From the IMG/VR virus record IMGVR_UViG_3300008113_000003, positions 1 through 64,000 of that record: 64,000 nt of DNA; one strand, written 5' to 3'. Numbering within the stretch: position 1 is the stretch's first letter; every line of letters begins with the position of its first letter. Position numbers and translations under genes: made by a program. Positions 19,968-30,650 of the stretch are shown here, piece after piece. The notes beneath the pieces were generated by a model. It was not told the origin of the DNA. It saw only the letters and a program-made list of their open reading frames with translations, and searched no databases.

Positions 19968-19993
19968 AAAAAAGCCCCATCTCTGGGGCTTTC
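19968..19993 (-). terminator. intrinsic terminator
   Basis: agcccca-tctc-tggggct hairpin plus U-tract. Confidence 0.75.
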
Positions 19994-19995
19994 TC

Positions 19996-22900
19996 TTATG
20001 CTGGTTGTTGGCCAGTCATTGGTATTTGTTTATCTGGTCTCAGATATTTTTTGTTTAATGTATCAATTAAAATTTTCATAACCGATAACATGTTCTTTTC
20101 ATCCAACTTAGTATCTGTTTGTCTACTGATAACTTCAGCCGCTTTTTTAGATAAACCAATTCTGAATGAATCTTTTTGGCCACTTAAATCATAACCCTCA
20201 ACATTGTCTGGTTTGAATGTGTCAACAGGGAAGTTCCCACCTGCTATTTCTTCACCTGGCTCAAGTGCTGTTATATTAGCAAGAGCTTTTGAGTACATAG
20301 CGATATCACCACCGCTTTCTCTAATATATTGAACCATCTTATTTTTAGGCATCATTGCGGCACCCATTAATACTGCTTGTAAAAACCCAACTAATTTTGG
20401 TGCACTAAGTCTATCCATAGGATTTTGTTGGTTGTACCTCATGGTAATTTTACTTTGGAAAGCTGGAATTACGCTAGATAAAGACATCATTAATTTATAG
20501 TTAGCACTTTGTTTAATAGCGTCTGAATTAGCAGCATTCGCTTCATCAATTCTATTTAAAGTTGCAATATATGCAGCCATGTCCCCACCACCTTGTTTGA
20601 TATAGGTTTTCATTCTACTTTCTGGTATAAACGCTATCGCATTTAAAGTAACAGTTAAATAGTTTCCTAACTTAATCGAACTAATCTTTTGGTCATCTGG
20701 ATACATATCATTATAAGCTTTAGCGATTGTTCTTGCATATGTAGGTGCAACCACGGCTAATGATTTCATTATCTTAAAGTGTCTTCCGTTTTGATTAATC
20801 TGTTCTTGCCCAGCGTTTTCTTCACCACCTTCTTCTGGTGCAGCAACCCTAGCTTCTTCAATCATTATAGCGATCATTTCAGCTTTGGTAAGAACTGAAC
20901 CTTCTTCCAAGTTTTGACCAGCCGCTCTAAAACCACCAAATGTGCCACCACTATTTCCAGTGTTCAAGCCTTTGTTCATTTCAGCTTTACCTGTTGAGGT
21001 TAAACCTGGGCTTTCTTTACCACCCTTTTGTCCAGTTAAGTAATCAGCTTGTGCGGCTTTATTACCTTCTGGGTTTTTACTCATTTGATCAATTAAGTAA
21101 GAGAAGATTGAGTACAACGTTGTGATGTAACTTGGTAAATTAGCTAAGAATGTACGTCTATCATTATAAACCTTATTCATAGCACCTTTGGATTGAACTC
21201 TTTCAGCTCTTTCTTTAAGTTTATTAATTTGTATTTTACCTAATTGGTCTACAATGCTATTACCGTTTTTGAATTTAACGGAATATAAAGCTTTATTAAA
21301 ATCACTAACAAATATTTTTAAACTCTTAGCGTCTGATTGTAATAAATTATCAATTGTTAAATCTTTAGTACTAACCACTGGATTTTGGTTAGCGCTTTGG
21401 ATCATAGCATTTAACTTAGGGTCTTGGCTATTGAAACCTTTAACCATCTCCATAAGTTGTTTTAATTTTTCAATATTTGTTTTAAGTAATTTCAATTGAT
21501 TTGAACTTAAACCGATATCATCCAATGTTTCTTCAGATACTGATTGAAGGCTTTCCATCAATTTCAATAGATCATCAGCGTCTTTAGGTGTTACTTGTAA
21601 GTTACTTGGAACTTCACCAGCACCGCTATAAACTTTATCAGCATTACTGGTACCACCTTTTCCGTAAGTATCTTTGTTAACTTGTGATCTGAAATTATAA
21701 AGATCCTTAAAATAGTTTTTAAGTTTGTTATATAACACAAGGTCACTACCTTGTTTTTGTTTCTTTGGATCTGGGTTTGGATTTGGATCTGGATTCGGGT
21801 TTGGATTTGGATCTGGATCTGGATCGATTGGGTTCTCATTACTCATGGCAACTGGTCTTAAACGTTGCATTAAGTCGTTTAATATTTGTGCCCTTGACGA
21901 TCTCCTACCTTTGTATCTAAGTAAAGCTAGGGCAACAGCGCCAATAATCCCCGCTTTACCCATAAACATTAAAGCTTTTTTATTAGCGCCAGCAACAGTT
22001 GCTGTTGTTGCAACAGTTTTTAATTTCCATGCCGTAACTGCATTAACAATAATACTAACTATTTGACCATTCCTTTTAATTGTCATTAAATCACCTGGTA
22101 ACCTACCAGTACCTGCCCAATTAGTTTTAGAACCAAATGTTTGTTCAAGTGGTTTATTATAAAACTCTGAATTTGGGTTCGTAACTTGGGTGATAATTCC
22201 TTTTGATTCTGCATGATTACAGAGATCTGTAGGACCCGTACCTGTTGTAGCATCAATACCTGTTTGAAGATTACCCCCACCAATAGCTTTAAGCGCTTCA
22301 GCTACATCTTTACCTGTTGATTTTGGTGTTAACACAACTTTACTTTGAGCTGCGTTTACAGTTTGTGTCCAACCATCACCTGGTTTTACACTAGTAATTG
22401 CTGTACCTATTTTATTCTCAACAGTTTTTTCAAGTACTTCTTTTGTACCATGAATAACTTCATTGGGTGTTAAAATACCTTTGATAAGCCAACCAAGACC
22501 GCTAAAACCCATTAAAACAGGTAAATTCCAGGACTTAAGCGTATTCATTCTTGTTGAATCGTAAGCTTGTAATTTACCTTGTGCGATATCCTTTTTAGTT
22601 TGGGCACCTTTTGCGGCTAACATTGTTTTTTCATAATCAATATCAGCTTGTCTATTTTTACCCGCTTGTCTATTAGCTTGAAATTTACCAACAGCACGAC
22701 CTAATGAGCTAGCAATACCTTCATCTATTGATTCTAAAGCATCATTATCATTTAAATCGGTTGTATCTTCTTTAATAACATCACTATCAGCACCTTCTTC
22801 CTCTTCATTGAACACCGAAAATTTAGCGCTTAAATCATAATCTAAAAATCTGTTAACATATATTTTTAAATCATTAATTAAGTCATTTGCCTGAACATCA

Positions 22901-23403
22901 GTCATGAAATCTTTATCGTTTGGATCTAATTTAGCTCTTGCAACTATGGTATCGTAGACAGAACCTATCTGTGATACAATTTGAACGAAAAGTAATTGAT
23001 CCGTTGTATTGGGGAAATCTGGTGCTATTTCTTTTATTTGTTTATCCAAATCCCTGATAATACCATTGTTTTCTTTTTTTAAAATGGTTTGAATTTTTTG
23101 TGCATTAGCCTTGTCAAGACCCCATCTTGTTTCTAATTCCCAGTTATTTGGGTTAAAGGCTTTAGCAATAGTTTTAAGCACACCCTTTTCAGGGTTTTTC
23201 ATCTTAAGTTTAGCCAAAGCAACACCACCCTTTTTATAAACTGTATTAGGTAACATACCCTTGATTTTTTCCCATAAACCCTCATCTAGATTTTCAGGGT
23301 CAAGTTTTGAGATTTGAAGTTCTAATAATTCTACTTCATTTAATGGTTGTAATCCCATTTTCTCTCTAATGGTATTAACCTCATTTAACATATTTTTTTC
23401 CAT
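19996..23403 (-). CDS. large (1135 aa) probable virion/late protein with PD/PN linker
   Basis: TATTTAT motif upstream; PDPDPNPNPNPD repeat; hydrophobic segment; many L/I-x-E motifs. Confidence 0.65.
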   Translation of the reverse strand: MEKNMLNEVNTIREKMGLQPLNEVELLELQISKLDPENLDEGLWEKIKGMLPNTVYKKGGVALAKLKMKNPEKGVLKTIAKAFNPNNWELETRWGLDKANAQKIQTILKKENNGIIRDLDKQIKEIAPDFPNTTDQLLFVQIVSQIGSVYDTIVARAKLDPNDKDFMTDVQANDLINDLKIYVNRFLDYDLSAKFSVFNEEEEGADSDVIKEDTTDLNDNDALESIDEGIASSLGRAVGKFQANRQAGKNRQADIDYEKTMLAAKGAQTKKDIAQGKLQAYDSTRMNTLKSWNLPVLMGFSGLGWLIKGILTPNEVIHGTKEVLEKTVENKIGTAITSVKPGDGWTQTVNAAQSKVVLTPKSTGKDVAEALKAIGGGNLQTGIDATTGTGPTDLCNHAESKGIITQVTNPNSEFYNKPLEQTFGSKTNWAGTGRLPGDLMTIKRNGQIVSIIVNAVTAWKLKTVATTATVAGANKKALMFMGKAGIIGAVALALLRYKGRRSSRAQILNDLMQRLRPVAMSNENPIDPDPDPNPNPNPDPNPNPDPKKQKQGSDLVLYNKLKNYFKDLYNFRSQVNKDTYGKGGTSNADKVYSGAGEVPSNLQVTPKDADDLLKLMESLQSVSEETLDDIGLSSNQLKLLKTNIEKLKQLMEMVKGFNSQDPKLNAMIQSANQNPVVSTKDLTIDNLLQSDAKSLKIFVSDFNKALYSVKFKNGNSIVDQLGKIQINKLKERAERVQSKGAMNKVYNDRRTFLANLPSYITTLYSIFSYLIDQMSKNPEGNKAAQADYLTGQKGGKESPGLTSTGKAEMNKGLNTGNSGGTFGGFRAAGQNLEEGSVLTKAEMIAIMIEEARVAAPEEGGEENAGQEQINQNGRHFKIMKSLAVVAPTYARTIAKAYNDMYPDDQKISSIKLGNYLTVTLNAIAFIPESRMKTYIKQGGGDMAAYIATLNRIDEANAANSDAIKQSANYKLMMSLSSVIPAFQSKITMRYNQQNPMDRLSAPKLVGFLQAVLMGAAMMPKNKMVQYIRESGGDIAMYSKALANITALEPGEEIAGGNFPVDTFKPDNVEGYDLSGQKDSFRIGLSKKAAEVISRQTDTKLDEKNMLSVMKILIDTLNKKYLRPDKQIPMTGQQPA

Positions 23404-23474
23404 AATTTAAAAAGCGTATTTAGATACTTATAAATATCTGGTTTTTACTAAAAAACCTTTATTTTGGGTAATTT

Positions 23475-24158
23475 TTATACCCTGTACCAAACAGTATCGC
23501 ACTGCTCCTTTAACATTTCAACCTTATAAGCTTCTTTAAAACCATATCTGGTTAATAAATCACATAGGTCTTGGTAAAGTTTCTGCCCTTTCCAGATTTC
23601 AACGTATTCACCCTCAGTGTGTATAAATTTAACCTTTCTAAGATTTAATGAAAAACTTTCAAGAACCTCATATGTTAAACCTTCTACATCCAATTTAAGT
23701 AAATCAATTTCTGGTTCATCAATTAAATTAACAAGGTCTTCACCTGTAATCGCAATCACATTAACCCATGTTTCACCGAAAACTGGGCCAGCTGTCTTTG
23801 GTAATAAAGAACTCATACCAAGACCACCAAGATCTAAATTCTGGATTGCATTGAATTTCAATATACCTCTTTCTGGTGCAACCGCTGCCTCGATAACCCT
23901 GTAATTTGGGTGATCTATTCTAATAAGGTTGGCACAATAAGGGTGTGCATCAACAATAAAAACTTTATTATCAGGTATGTTAAAGTATTTTTTAAGATAG
24001 TCAGCGTGGTACCCATCTCTTGATCCAATTTCTAAGACGTTCTTAGGTGGTTCATTAAAGTACTTACCGTACTCCTCAGCGAATCTTTTCATTTCGCCAA
24101 AATAGTCACTGGTATTTTCAACCAGATCTTTTAATATATCATCGTGATTTTTTGTCAT
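23475..24158 (-). CDS. FkbM-family methyltransferase
   Basis: LEIGSRDG, LKLDVEG. Confidence 0.8.
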   Translation of the reverse strand: MTKNHDDILKDLVENTSDYFGEMKRFAEEYGKYFNEPPKNVLEIGSRDGYHADYLKKYFNIPDNKVFIVDAHPYCANLIRIDHPNYRVIEAAVAPERGILKFNAIQNLDLGGLGMSSLLPKTAGPVFGETWVNVIAITGEDLVNLIDEPEIDLLKLDVEGLTYEVLESFSLNLRKVKFIHTEGEYVEIWKGQKLYQDLCDLLTRYGFKEAYKVEMLKEQCDTVWYRV

Positions 24159-24330
24159 GTAAAAAGCAATATTTGTTATCTTTTTCTGTTAACCCAACAC
24201 GATGCGTTGTCCCATTGTAATTAACTTTTATTGTGTTATCCTGTACCACTGGGTCAATAACAACCCCCTCATATAAAGCACCCAAAAAGTTAAAGGTGAT
24301 TTCCTCACCTTTTTTAAAACTTAATCCCAC
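24139..24330 (-). CDS. hypothetical protein
   Basis: ORF track. Confidence 0.55.
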   Translation of the reverse strand: MGLSFKKGEEITFNFLGALYEGVVIDPVVQDNTIKVNYNGTTHRVGLTEKDNKYCFLHDKKSR

Positions 24331-24989
24331 CAGCCTTCAATATTTTCTTCCATTATTCTAAATAAAAGCTTTCTAGCTCTTTCATGGTTATATCTACCAA
24401 TGTTCATCGCAATTCTTTGCTTAGCATCAACCTCGGTTTCACCTTCCCTAGCTTCAACACCGAAAATTTGTAACTCTTTATTGGCTAACACTTTCTTGTA
24501 AACCAATGGATATTTTTTGAAGTAATCATCAAAATGCTCGGATGTGGTTTGCATATCCAACTCCTTGTACCCTGGTTTATCTGGGATATCTAAGAAGTCC
24601 CATTTTGTTTCATGATAATCCATGTACTCACTAGAATAGAACTCATCCTGGACCTTATCCATCAGATTGGCGCATAATCTCATACGTTTGGCATCCATGG
24701 CCGCTCTGGTATGAAAATCACGATCACCGATGTATTTAGCTTGCCATCTTAGTTTATTCTTCATAAGCTCCCAGATGTAATGGTCATCCCAGTCACGATC
24801 TTTCCAGATAATTGGGAACCATCTGATAAGTTTATTAACGGATGACCTGAACTCTTTTATTCTCCAGCCAATTGTTTTCCAATAAACCTTATCGTAAATG
24901 TCGTTTAATAAATTTTTAAACCAATTAGATTTAGCCTCAATCTCATCATCAAAATCAAAATTAATTTGCTTTGAGTTTTCTATTCCCAT
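24321..24989 (-). CDS. conserved phage hypothetical protein
   Basis: WFPIIWKDRDWD motif, C-terminal GWWD. Confidence 0.65.
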   Translation of the reverse strand: MGIENSKQINFDFDDEIEAKSNWFKNLLNDIYDKVYWKTIGWRIKEFRSSVNKLIRWFPIIWKDRDWDDHYIWELMKNKLRWQAKYIGDRDFHTRAAMDAKRMRLCANLMDKVQDEFYSSEYMDYHETKWDFLDIPDKPGYKELDMQTTSEHFDDYFKKYPLVYKKVLANKELQIFGVEAREGETEVDAKQRIAMNIGRYNHERARKLLFRIMEENIEGWWD

Positions 24990-25381
24990 ATCACTCTTTT
25001 TGTTTTTCTAATAAATTTAGTTACACTGATGTTAACTCTTCTCCTAAAACATTTAAATTTAATGTTAAATTGTTTTAAGTGATCCATTGTGTAATCAGCC
25101 TTAATGAAGGCGTTTAATTCTTTAACTAATTTTTTATCACGCTTCATCGCTTTAACGTAATACTCGTTAAATAAATTGTCATTATAAACGGTGTATTTTC
25201 CGTTTACAAAATCGGCTAACTCACAAGTGGTTCTTGTTAACCCATCAAAGCACAATATTTTAAATGTGTTTTCTTCACGTGGGTTCTTCTCGACAATCAA
25301 CTGGTTGTAATCGTCTACGGATAGCAACACCTTTGTAACAGGTGCACGCCTTAAATCTAAATCTGATTCAGTATATAACAT
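24980..25381 (-). CDS. hypothetical protein
   Basis: ORF track. Confidence 0.55.
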   Translation of the reverse strand: MLYTESDLDLRRAPVTKVLLSVDDYNQLIVEKNPREENTFKILCFDGLTRTTCELADFVNGKYTVYNDNLFNEYYVKAMKRDKKLVKELNAFIKADYTMDHLKQFNIKFKCFRRRVNISVTKFIRKTKRVIWE

Positions 25382-25386
25382 AACGT

Positions 25387-25602
25387 TTATTTCTCTTTTT
25401 CTATCTTATTACTACTAACATGTATCAAAAGACTGAATAATATCTTCAATCCAAATGCTTGTAAAAATGTAATCGCCTTAATACCAGGGATTGCTGGTAT
25501 TAAACAATAATTCCATAGTAACATAATCGGTAATGCTGTGATTACAGCATACAATGCTAATATAAACAAAAAACCTAAAATTGTCCCTAATAATTTAGCC
25601 AT
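25387..25602 (-). CDS. small membrane protein
   Basis: LWN...ITFLQAFGL hydrophobic pattern. Confidence 0.6.
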   Translation of the reverse strand: MAKLLGTILGFLFILALYAVITALPIMLLWNYCLIPAIPGIKAITFLQAFGLKILFSLLIHVSSNKIEKEK

Positions 25603-25922
25603 AATATATTTTATAATTTAATTTTATCCGTTGTACCAATTGTCATATTCATCATATTGCCAAGTAATAGGTTTTTTGTACTTTTTTTTAATTTCCTCTA
25701 ACTTATTAATGTAATGGTTGATGTCAAACTCTTCTGGTTTGGTTTCTGTTAATGTTGATTTTACTTCTTCAAAAATGAGACTATTTAAGTTTTGCATTTT
25801 CAGTTTTGTGTGGGTGTTTTATTTGATTTTTATTATTAAAATATTTTATACCAATTACGGTTAATGATATTGTAATATGCAATGCAATTAATACCGACAG
25901 TATCCTACTGTATAAATCACAT

Positions 25923-26465
25923 TTACTGTTCTGTGAGTCCTGTTTCGAGTATGACATAATTTTTTTGTTGAAAGTCTACATTAAATTTCCTCATTAAAGT
26001 CTTTAAAGAGTCAATTGGGTTTAATAACGGGTATAACTCAGCAGCATCCTTTGGCATGTTATAATTTGGATAGCTATGCCCTGACTCTTTAATCCATTTA
26101 TGATTCTGATTCATAAACTGAAAGGGTCTACCTGAGTCATCAATAAAATCAAATCTTTCCCAACCCGTTTTATCCCTGGGTTCGGTCCAACTTTCTTCAT
26201 ACTTAACAAATCTGTCAATATGGCCAGTAATTTTATCAGGATTATCATATATGTCATGTAAATCACCGATTAATTTATGTTTACTACACTCAATACCAGT
26301 AAACTCCAATAGAATCTCTATATCTTCTCCACGTTTTTTTATTAACTTACAGGTTGTCTCATCGATATATATCTCATCGTGAGCACCTTCCAACAAAACA
26401 AATAAAAGTCTTGTTGTGTAAGTATTGGCGTAGACACCACCCCAAATTCTATTTTCGTTGTCCAT
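25923..26465 (-). CDS. hypothetical protein
   Basis: ORF track; promoter upstream. Confidence 0.6.
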   Translation of the reverse strand: MDNENRIWGGVYANTYTTRLLFVLLEGAHDEIYIDETTCKLIKKRGEDIEILLEFTGIECSKHKLIGDLHDIYDNPDKITGHIDRFVKYEESWTEPRDKTGWERFDFIDDSGRPFQFMNQNHKWIKESGHSYPNYNMPKDAAELYPLLNPIDSLKTLMRKFNVDFQQKNYVILETGLTEQ

Positions 26466-26547
26466 ATTGTTACAAATATAATAAAAGTTTGGGAATAAAC
26501 AAATTTTTTTACCGAGAAACTTCTATTTATCTTAAATAGAACGAAAT

Positions 26548-27147
26548 ATGAAAAAAATTTTATTGTTAATATTCTTCGGATTATTACTAATCACGCAACA
26601 AGTTTTTGCGCAAAGGACTCAAGTGGCTTTTAAAAATGAACTTTTTACTGGTGTATATTCAGAAGTTTATCAACAACCACTATGGATAACATATAAAGTT
26701 TTATGTCCAACAGGCACCGCATCCAGAGAAGGTATGGATTTTTATACCAATGATAGTATAAAAACCTCAGATGATCTTGACTACGCCAACAATGAGTATG
26801 ATAAAGGTCATTTAGCCCCAGCAGCTGACTTTAACTGTGATAAAGCTATGCTATTTAAGACTTTTAGTTACTTAAATTGCGCTTTACAACAAGAAAATCT
26901 AAACCGTGGTGTTTGGAGATTCCTTGAATTACATGAAAGAGAGCTTGCAAAGGGTGGTAACGCTGTTACAGTTAAAATAGAATTAAGTTTTACAAGTGGT
27001 TCGAAAAAATTACCAACAGGTGCAACAATTCCAGATGGTTTTGTTAAAACAATTATAGTTAATAATAAAACTGTTGAGAAGTATTATTTTCCCAACACAG
27101 CCCCAACCAAAGGTAAAAAATACCAAGATTACATGATTAAGTTTTAA
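26548..27147 (+). CDS. exported DNA/RNA non-specific endonuclease (NucA/EndA family)
   Basis: Signal peptide MKKILLL...VFA; YDKGHLAPAAD, TF..LN..Q..LNRGVW..LE. Confidence 0.88.
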   Translation: MKKILLLIFFGLLLITQQVFAQRTQVAFKNELFTGVYSEVYQQPLWITYKVLCPTGTASREGMDFYTNDSIKTSDDLDYANNEYDKGHLAPAADFNCDKAMLFKTFSYLNCALQQENLNRGVWRFLELHERELAKGGNAVTVKIELSFTSGSKKLPTGATIPDGFVKTIIVNNKTVEKYYFPNTAPTKGKKYQDYMIKF

Positions 27148-27349
27148 GACTTAATCTTTTTTTTGTTTACTTTAACAGCTTTATTAGTAGTTTTGATATA
27201 ATTTTCAACCATTTTATTTTGGTTGGTCATTGCAATTTTAATCTCCGTAAGTTTTTTATATGTTTTCATGTTGCAAAGATAGTATAAAGTTTGTTAACAA
27301 CAAAATATTTTATATTATTAAGATATTTATAGTAAAATAACTCGATAAA

Positions 27350-27913
27350 ATGGGATCAACAAGAACACCTACTGCGGGAACGATTAAAATGAGCGATTTG
27401 GATAAGTCGATTATCCAAGGATGGACTTCAAATTCTCCAAACCAATCATTACAACATTACGCTGTGGATGATTTTAATCCTGGTACCCAACCAAATGGGT
27501 TTGCATATTGTTATGGTACTCCTGGTACCGCTTCACCACACAGATTAAGTTATTTTTACAACATATTAGGTTGGGTTGATTATACAATTGTAGCGGTAAA
27601 CGTTAATAATGTTGGGTTTATAACGGTTGATTTTAATCCGATGAACGGTTCAAACGGCACCCCACCTAGCTCAATGACACTAGATACTACATTAAGTACT
27701 CTACCAAACGGATCAGCTCAAGCTGAAGGTGCTCACTGGGAGACTTTACAGTTTGTTGTGAATGTTGGTGGTATGACAGGCGGTTCATTTGACGTTTATT
27801 TTGAGGGTACTTACATAGATACGATAACTGGTAACGGTATATATGTTTATGATAATGGGGGGTTAGGGTATACAAATGGATCTGGTAGTGCACCCGAGGT
27901 TAGATTCCAATAA
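27350..27913 (+). CDS. probable virion structural protein
   Basis: G/N/T/S-rich beta-type composition; TATTTAT upstream. Confidence 0.55.
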   Translation: MGSTRTPTAGTIKMSDLDKSIIQGWTSNSPNQSLQHYAVDDFNPGTQPNGFAYCYGTPGTASPHRLSYFYNILGWVDYTIVAVNVNNVGFITVDFNPMNGSNGTPPSSMTLDTTLSTLPNGSAQAEGAHWETLQFVVNVGGMTGGSFDVYFEGTYIDTITGNGIYVYDNGGLGYTNGSGSAPEVRFQ

Positions 27914-27924
27914 AAAATTAAATA

Positions 27925-29286
27925 ATGGCAAATTTAGGAAGAAAAATAACTAGTATTGGTACTTTAAACAGTTTTACAGCAAAAGTTGTATATGACGCTA
28001 GTACTAGATACGGTACAGCGCAAGCTAACCAAACTTTTCAAGTGGGTTATGAATATACTGGATCAAATTTCTTTAAGAGTCTTAATAGGCCACCAAAATT
28101 AAGAATTTTATCAATATTTCAACCACTTCTTAGTGGTAACCCAAACGCATCAAATGACACATATGTCGCATTCCAGGTTTATGATTATACCTTAAGCGCT
28201 TGGCGTGGGCCTTGGTGTAAAAGAGCTAACCAAAACGCTTCTTGGACATACGTTGATTATTTTGTTACAACAATTGATTCATTTGGTAGGAAATATGGTA
28301 ACTACTACACTGGGGCTAATTCTATTGCCACAACCTTTACCCCGCCAACAGCACTTTTTAGCCAAAGCGCTTCTCTATCTTTAACCACATTAGCTGGCAG
28401 AACAGTAACAGCCATAGCTGGTCACAACCCTAGCGCTTTTGTTCTTGGTGGTAGCACCAACAAACTGTACCATTTTCATGGTTTTTTAACTTTAGCTGGT
28501 TATAGCGGTACATGGTGTTTTTATTCTATATCCGCTAATGGTGCTGGTATCGGTTTTAACCATCTATTGGACGTGGCACCGTATAATACTGGTACCTATC
28601 CAAACGTTTTACCCGCAACTAATAAATTAGCAAGTGAGTGGCGATTAGCAACTTTTTGTAATATAGATAATTTGGGTTATAGTCCGAGGATTAGAATTAA
28701 TAGTACTGGTCTTGGTCCTGTAAAAGCTTATTTTGGTCAAGATCCAGGTAGTATGTTTCCTAACGGAGTTGATAATATTAACGTTTTTGAGGCTGAGGTT
28801 TGGTGTACCTATGACCCTGGGGATCCAGCTACTTTCTTTTTAACACCTCTTTGGTCACCAGGTGGTAGCACTGAGGAATCGGAACAGGGGGTTGAGGGTA
28901 CGCAAGCTGCTAACTATGCACCAGCTGGTTGGTATGGTACATCTGCTGAAAATTCATATGCGTATTGGGATGGTTTGGGTGCCTGGACACCTAACTCTTA
29001 CGCCACATACCAAGTGGCACCAACTAGTACAGAATTTACTTACTATGGTTTTTACCAATCACAGGATCCTATGGAAGTTTGTTCAACAGGACCTCAAGGT
29101 TTGGCAATGATTGGTTACTACGATACCTCAACAGGTTTTGATATGATGACGCAATTATTTTCTGACAGTTTACTACAAAACCCTATTTCGACTTTTGTAC
29201 CAAATAGATTCTATTACAATCAAACAGATGGTGTGGCATTTTCAGCTGATCCAAGTGCTAGAGTGCAAGTAACATTTAAATGTTAA
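27925..29286 (+). CDS. probable virion/fibre-associated protein
   Basis: Aromatic/G/T-rich composition; APAGWY..YWDG motif. Confidence 0.55.
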   Translation: MANLGRKITSIGTLNSFTAKVVYDASTRYGTAQANQTFQVGYEYTGSNFFKSLNRPPKLRILSIFQPLLSGNPNASNDTYVAFQVYDYTLSAWRGPWCKRANQNASWTYVDYFVTTIDSFGRKYGNYYTGANSIATTFTPPTALFSQSASLSLTTLAGRTVTAIAGHNPSAFVLGGSTNKLYHFHGFLTLAGYSGTWCFYSISANGAGIGFNHLLDVAPYNTGTYPNVLPATNKLASEWRLATFCNIDNLGYSPRIRINSTGLGPVKAYFGQDPGSMFPNGVDNINVFEAEVWCTYDPGDPATFFLTPLWSPGGSTEESEQGVEGTQAANYAPAGWYGTSAENSYAYWDGLGAWTPNSYATYQVAPTSTEFTYYGFYQSQDPMEVCSTGPQGLAMIGYYDTSTGFDMMTQLFSDSLLQNPISTFVPNRFYYNQTDGVAFSADPSARVQVTFKC

Positions 29287-29867
29287 ATAATCTTATGAAT
29301 GATTTTGTATTTTGCGGCTTCTTGGGCTGACATATACCAATCTTCTTTTCGATCTTTGTAATCTTCCATTTTATTAACAGGTATTTTAGTTCTACTTAAA
29401 ACGTAGTCGTCATATACCTTTTGAAGTCTTTCACATTCTTTAAGATTTTGTTTTGCCCCAGTAATATTACCCCAAAATACATCTGATATCTCATGATACA
29501 TCAATGTTGCTGTTTTATGGGCAAATCTAACGTGAGTTGAGATGTAAATAATAAAACCCATGGACATTGCGGAACCGTAGCAATACCCATGGATTGGTGT
29601 TTTTGAGTGTTCAATCGCAGCAATCAAAGCGAAACCATCATAAACCGAACCACCAAAACTATTAACAACTAACTTAATCGGTTCCCTTTCATAATCCTGT
29701 AAATCTTCCTCAAACTCATCATCAAGAGTGTTGATGTCAAGAATTGATTCAATTATATCTGCAACGCTTGATGCGGTAATGTCTGAACTTAATACGATGT
29801 TCCTGGAATTATTATCCTTTACATCAATATTTGATTTAAATTTTTTCTTATACGATTTTTTTAACAT
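29283..29867 (-). CDS. ClpP-like serine protease (divergent)
   Basis: VNSFGGSVYDG, AMSMG (Ser), MYHE (His), DWYMSAQEA (Asp). Confidence 0.85.
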   Translation of the reverse strand: MLKKSYKKKFKSNIDVKDNNSRNIVLSSDITASSVADIIESILDINTLDDEFEEDLQDYEREPIKLVVNSFGGSVYDGFALIAAIEHSKTPIHGYCYGSAMSMGFIIYISTHVRFAHKTATLMYHEISDVFWGNITGAKQNLKECERLQKVYDDYVLSRTKIPVNKMEDYKDRKEDWYMSAQEAAKYKIIHKII

Positions 29868-29869
29868 AA

Positions 29870-30181
29870 CTACATGATTTCATCAAGGGATTCCGTAATT
29901 ATCTTAACGGGTTGTACACCTAATGTTGTTTTAACAATCTCGTTATTTTTAACATATTTTAATGTTGGTATTGATCTAACTCCGTAGGCTCTTGAGAGTT
30001 CCTCGTTTTGATCAACATTAATTTTGCAAAAAACAACGTCTTTTTGCTCTTGACTAACCTGCTCTAGGATAGGCATTAATTGTTTGCATGGCCCACACCA
30101 ATCGGCATAAAAATCCATAACTACCGCACTATTCTCACTAAGAATCTGCTCTAAATGTTCTTTGTTTTCTATCTGTATCAT
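29870..30181 (-). CDS. trxA: thioredoxin
   Basis: DFYADWCGPCK, VRSIPT. Confidence 0.93.
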   Translation of the reverse strand: MIQIENKEHLEQILSENSAVVMDFYADWCGPCKQLMPILEQVSQEQKDVVFCKINVDQNEELSRAYGVRSIPTLKYVKNNEIVKTTLGVQPVKIITESLDEIM

Positions 30182-30227
30182 ATTTATAATTATACTGTAA
30201 TATTGTAAAGAGTAAAGAATTTTAACC

Positions 30228-30626
30228 TTATGACTTATAGGTTTCCTTTAATTTTTTTGTTTTCTCAATAACAGGTAGCTCTTCACTGTCTGTTCCAACC
30301 ACAACTGTATGATAATCAGCCATATCTATTTTAGCGATTTCAGCCAATAATCTAAAACTGTCCCCATTATTTGTAATAAAAGAAGGTTCTGAGTGATTTT
30401 GTAGCCACCCCGTGATTGCATCGGTTATATAACTTTCTGAGTCTTTTAGAATAATCACTGTACGATCTTCATTACCCTCAAAATGAAACATGTAATCATT
30501 GTAAAGTAAGTCTTTACCTATAACCCCATCATTAATAGGTTCAGCGTAAAAACTACCGATACTACTTAACAAATATAAAGCTTTTAGCTTATCACCACTA
30601 CTTAGTGTGTTAAAATATATATTCAT
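30228..30626 (-). CDS. hypothetical protein
   Basis: ORF track; leaderless-type promoter. Confidence 0.6.
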   Translation of the reverse strand: MNIYFNTLSSGDKLKALYLLSSIGSFYAEPINDGVIGKDLLYNDYMFHFEGNEDRTVIILKDSESYITDAITGWLQNHSEPSFITNNGDSFRLLAEIAKIDMADYHTVVVGTDSEELPVIEKTKKLKETYKS

Positions 30627-30650
30627 GTTACAAAATTAATAAATTAGTTT

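Noticed and set aside
21764-21830. Hexamer repeat as phase-variable or regulatory VNTR
   Set aside because: In-frame PD/PN linker coding
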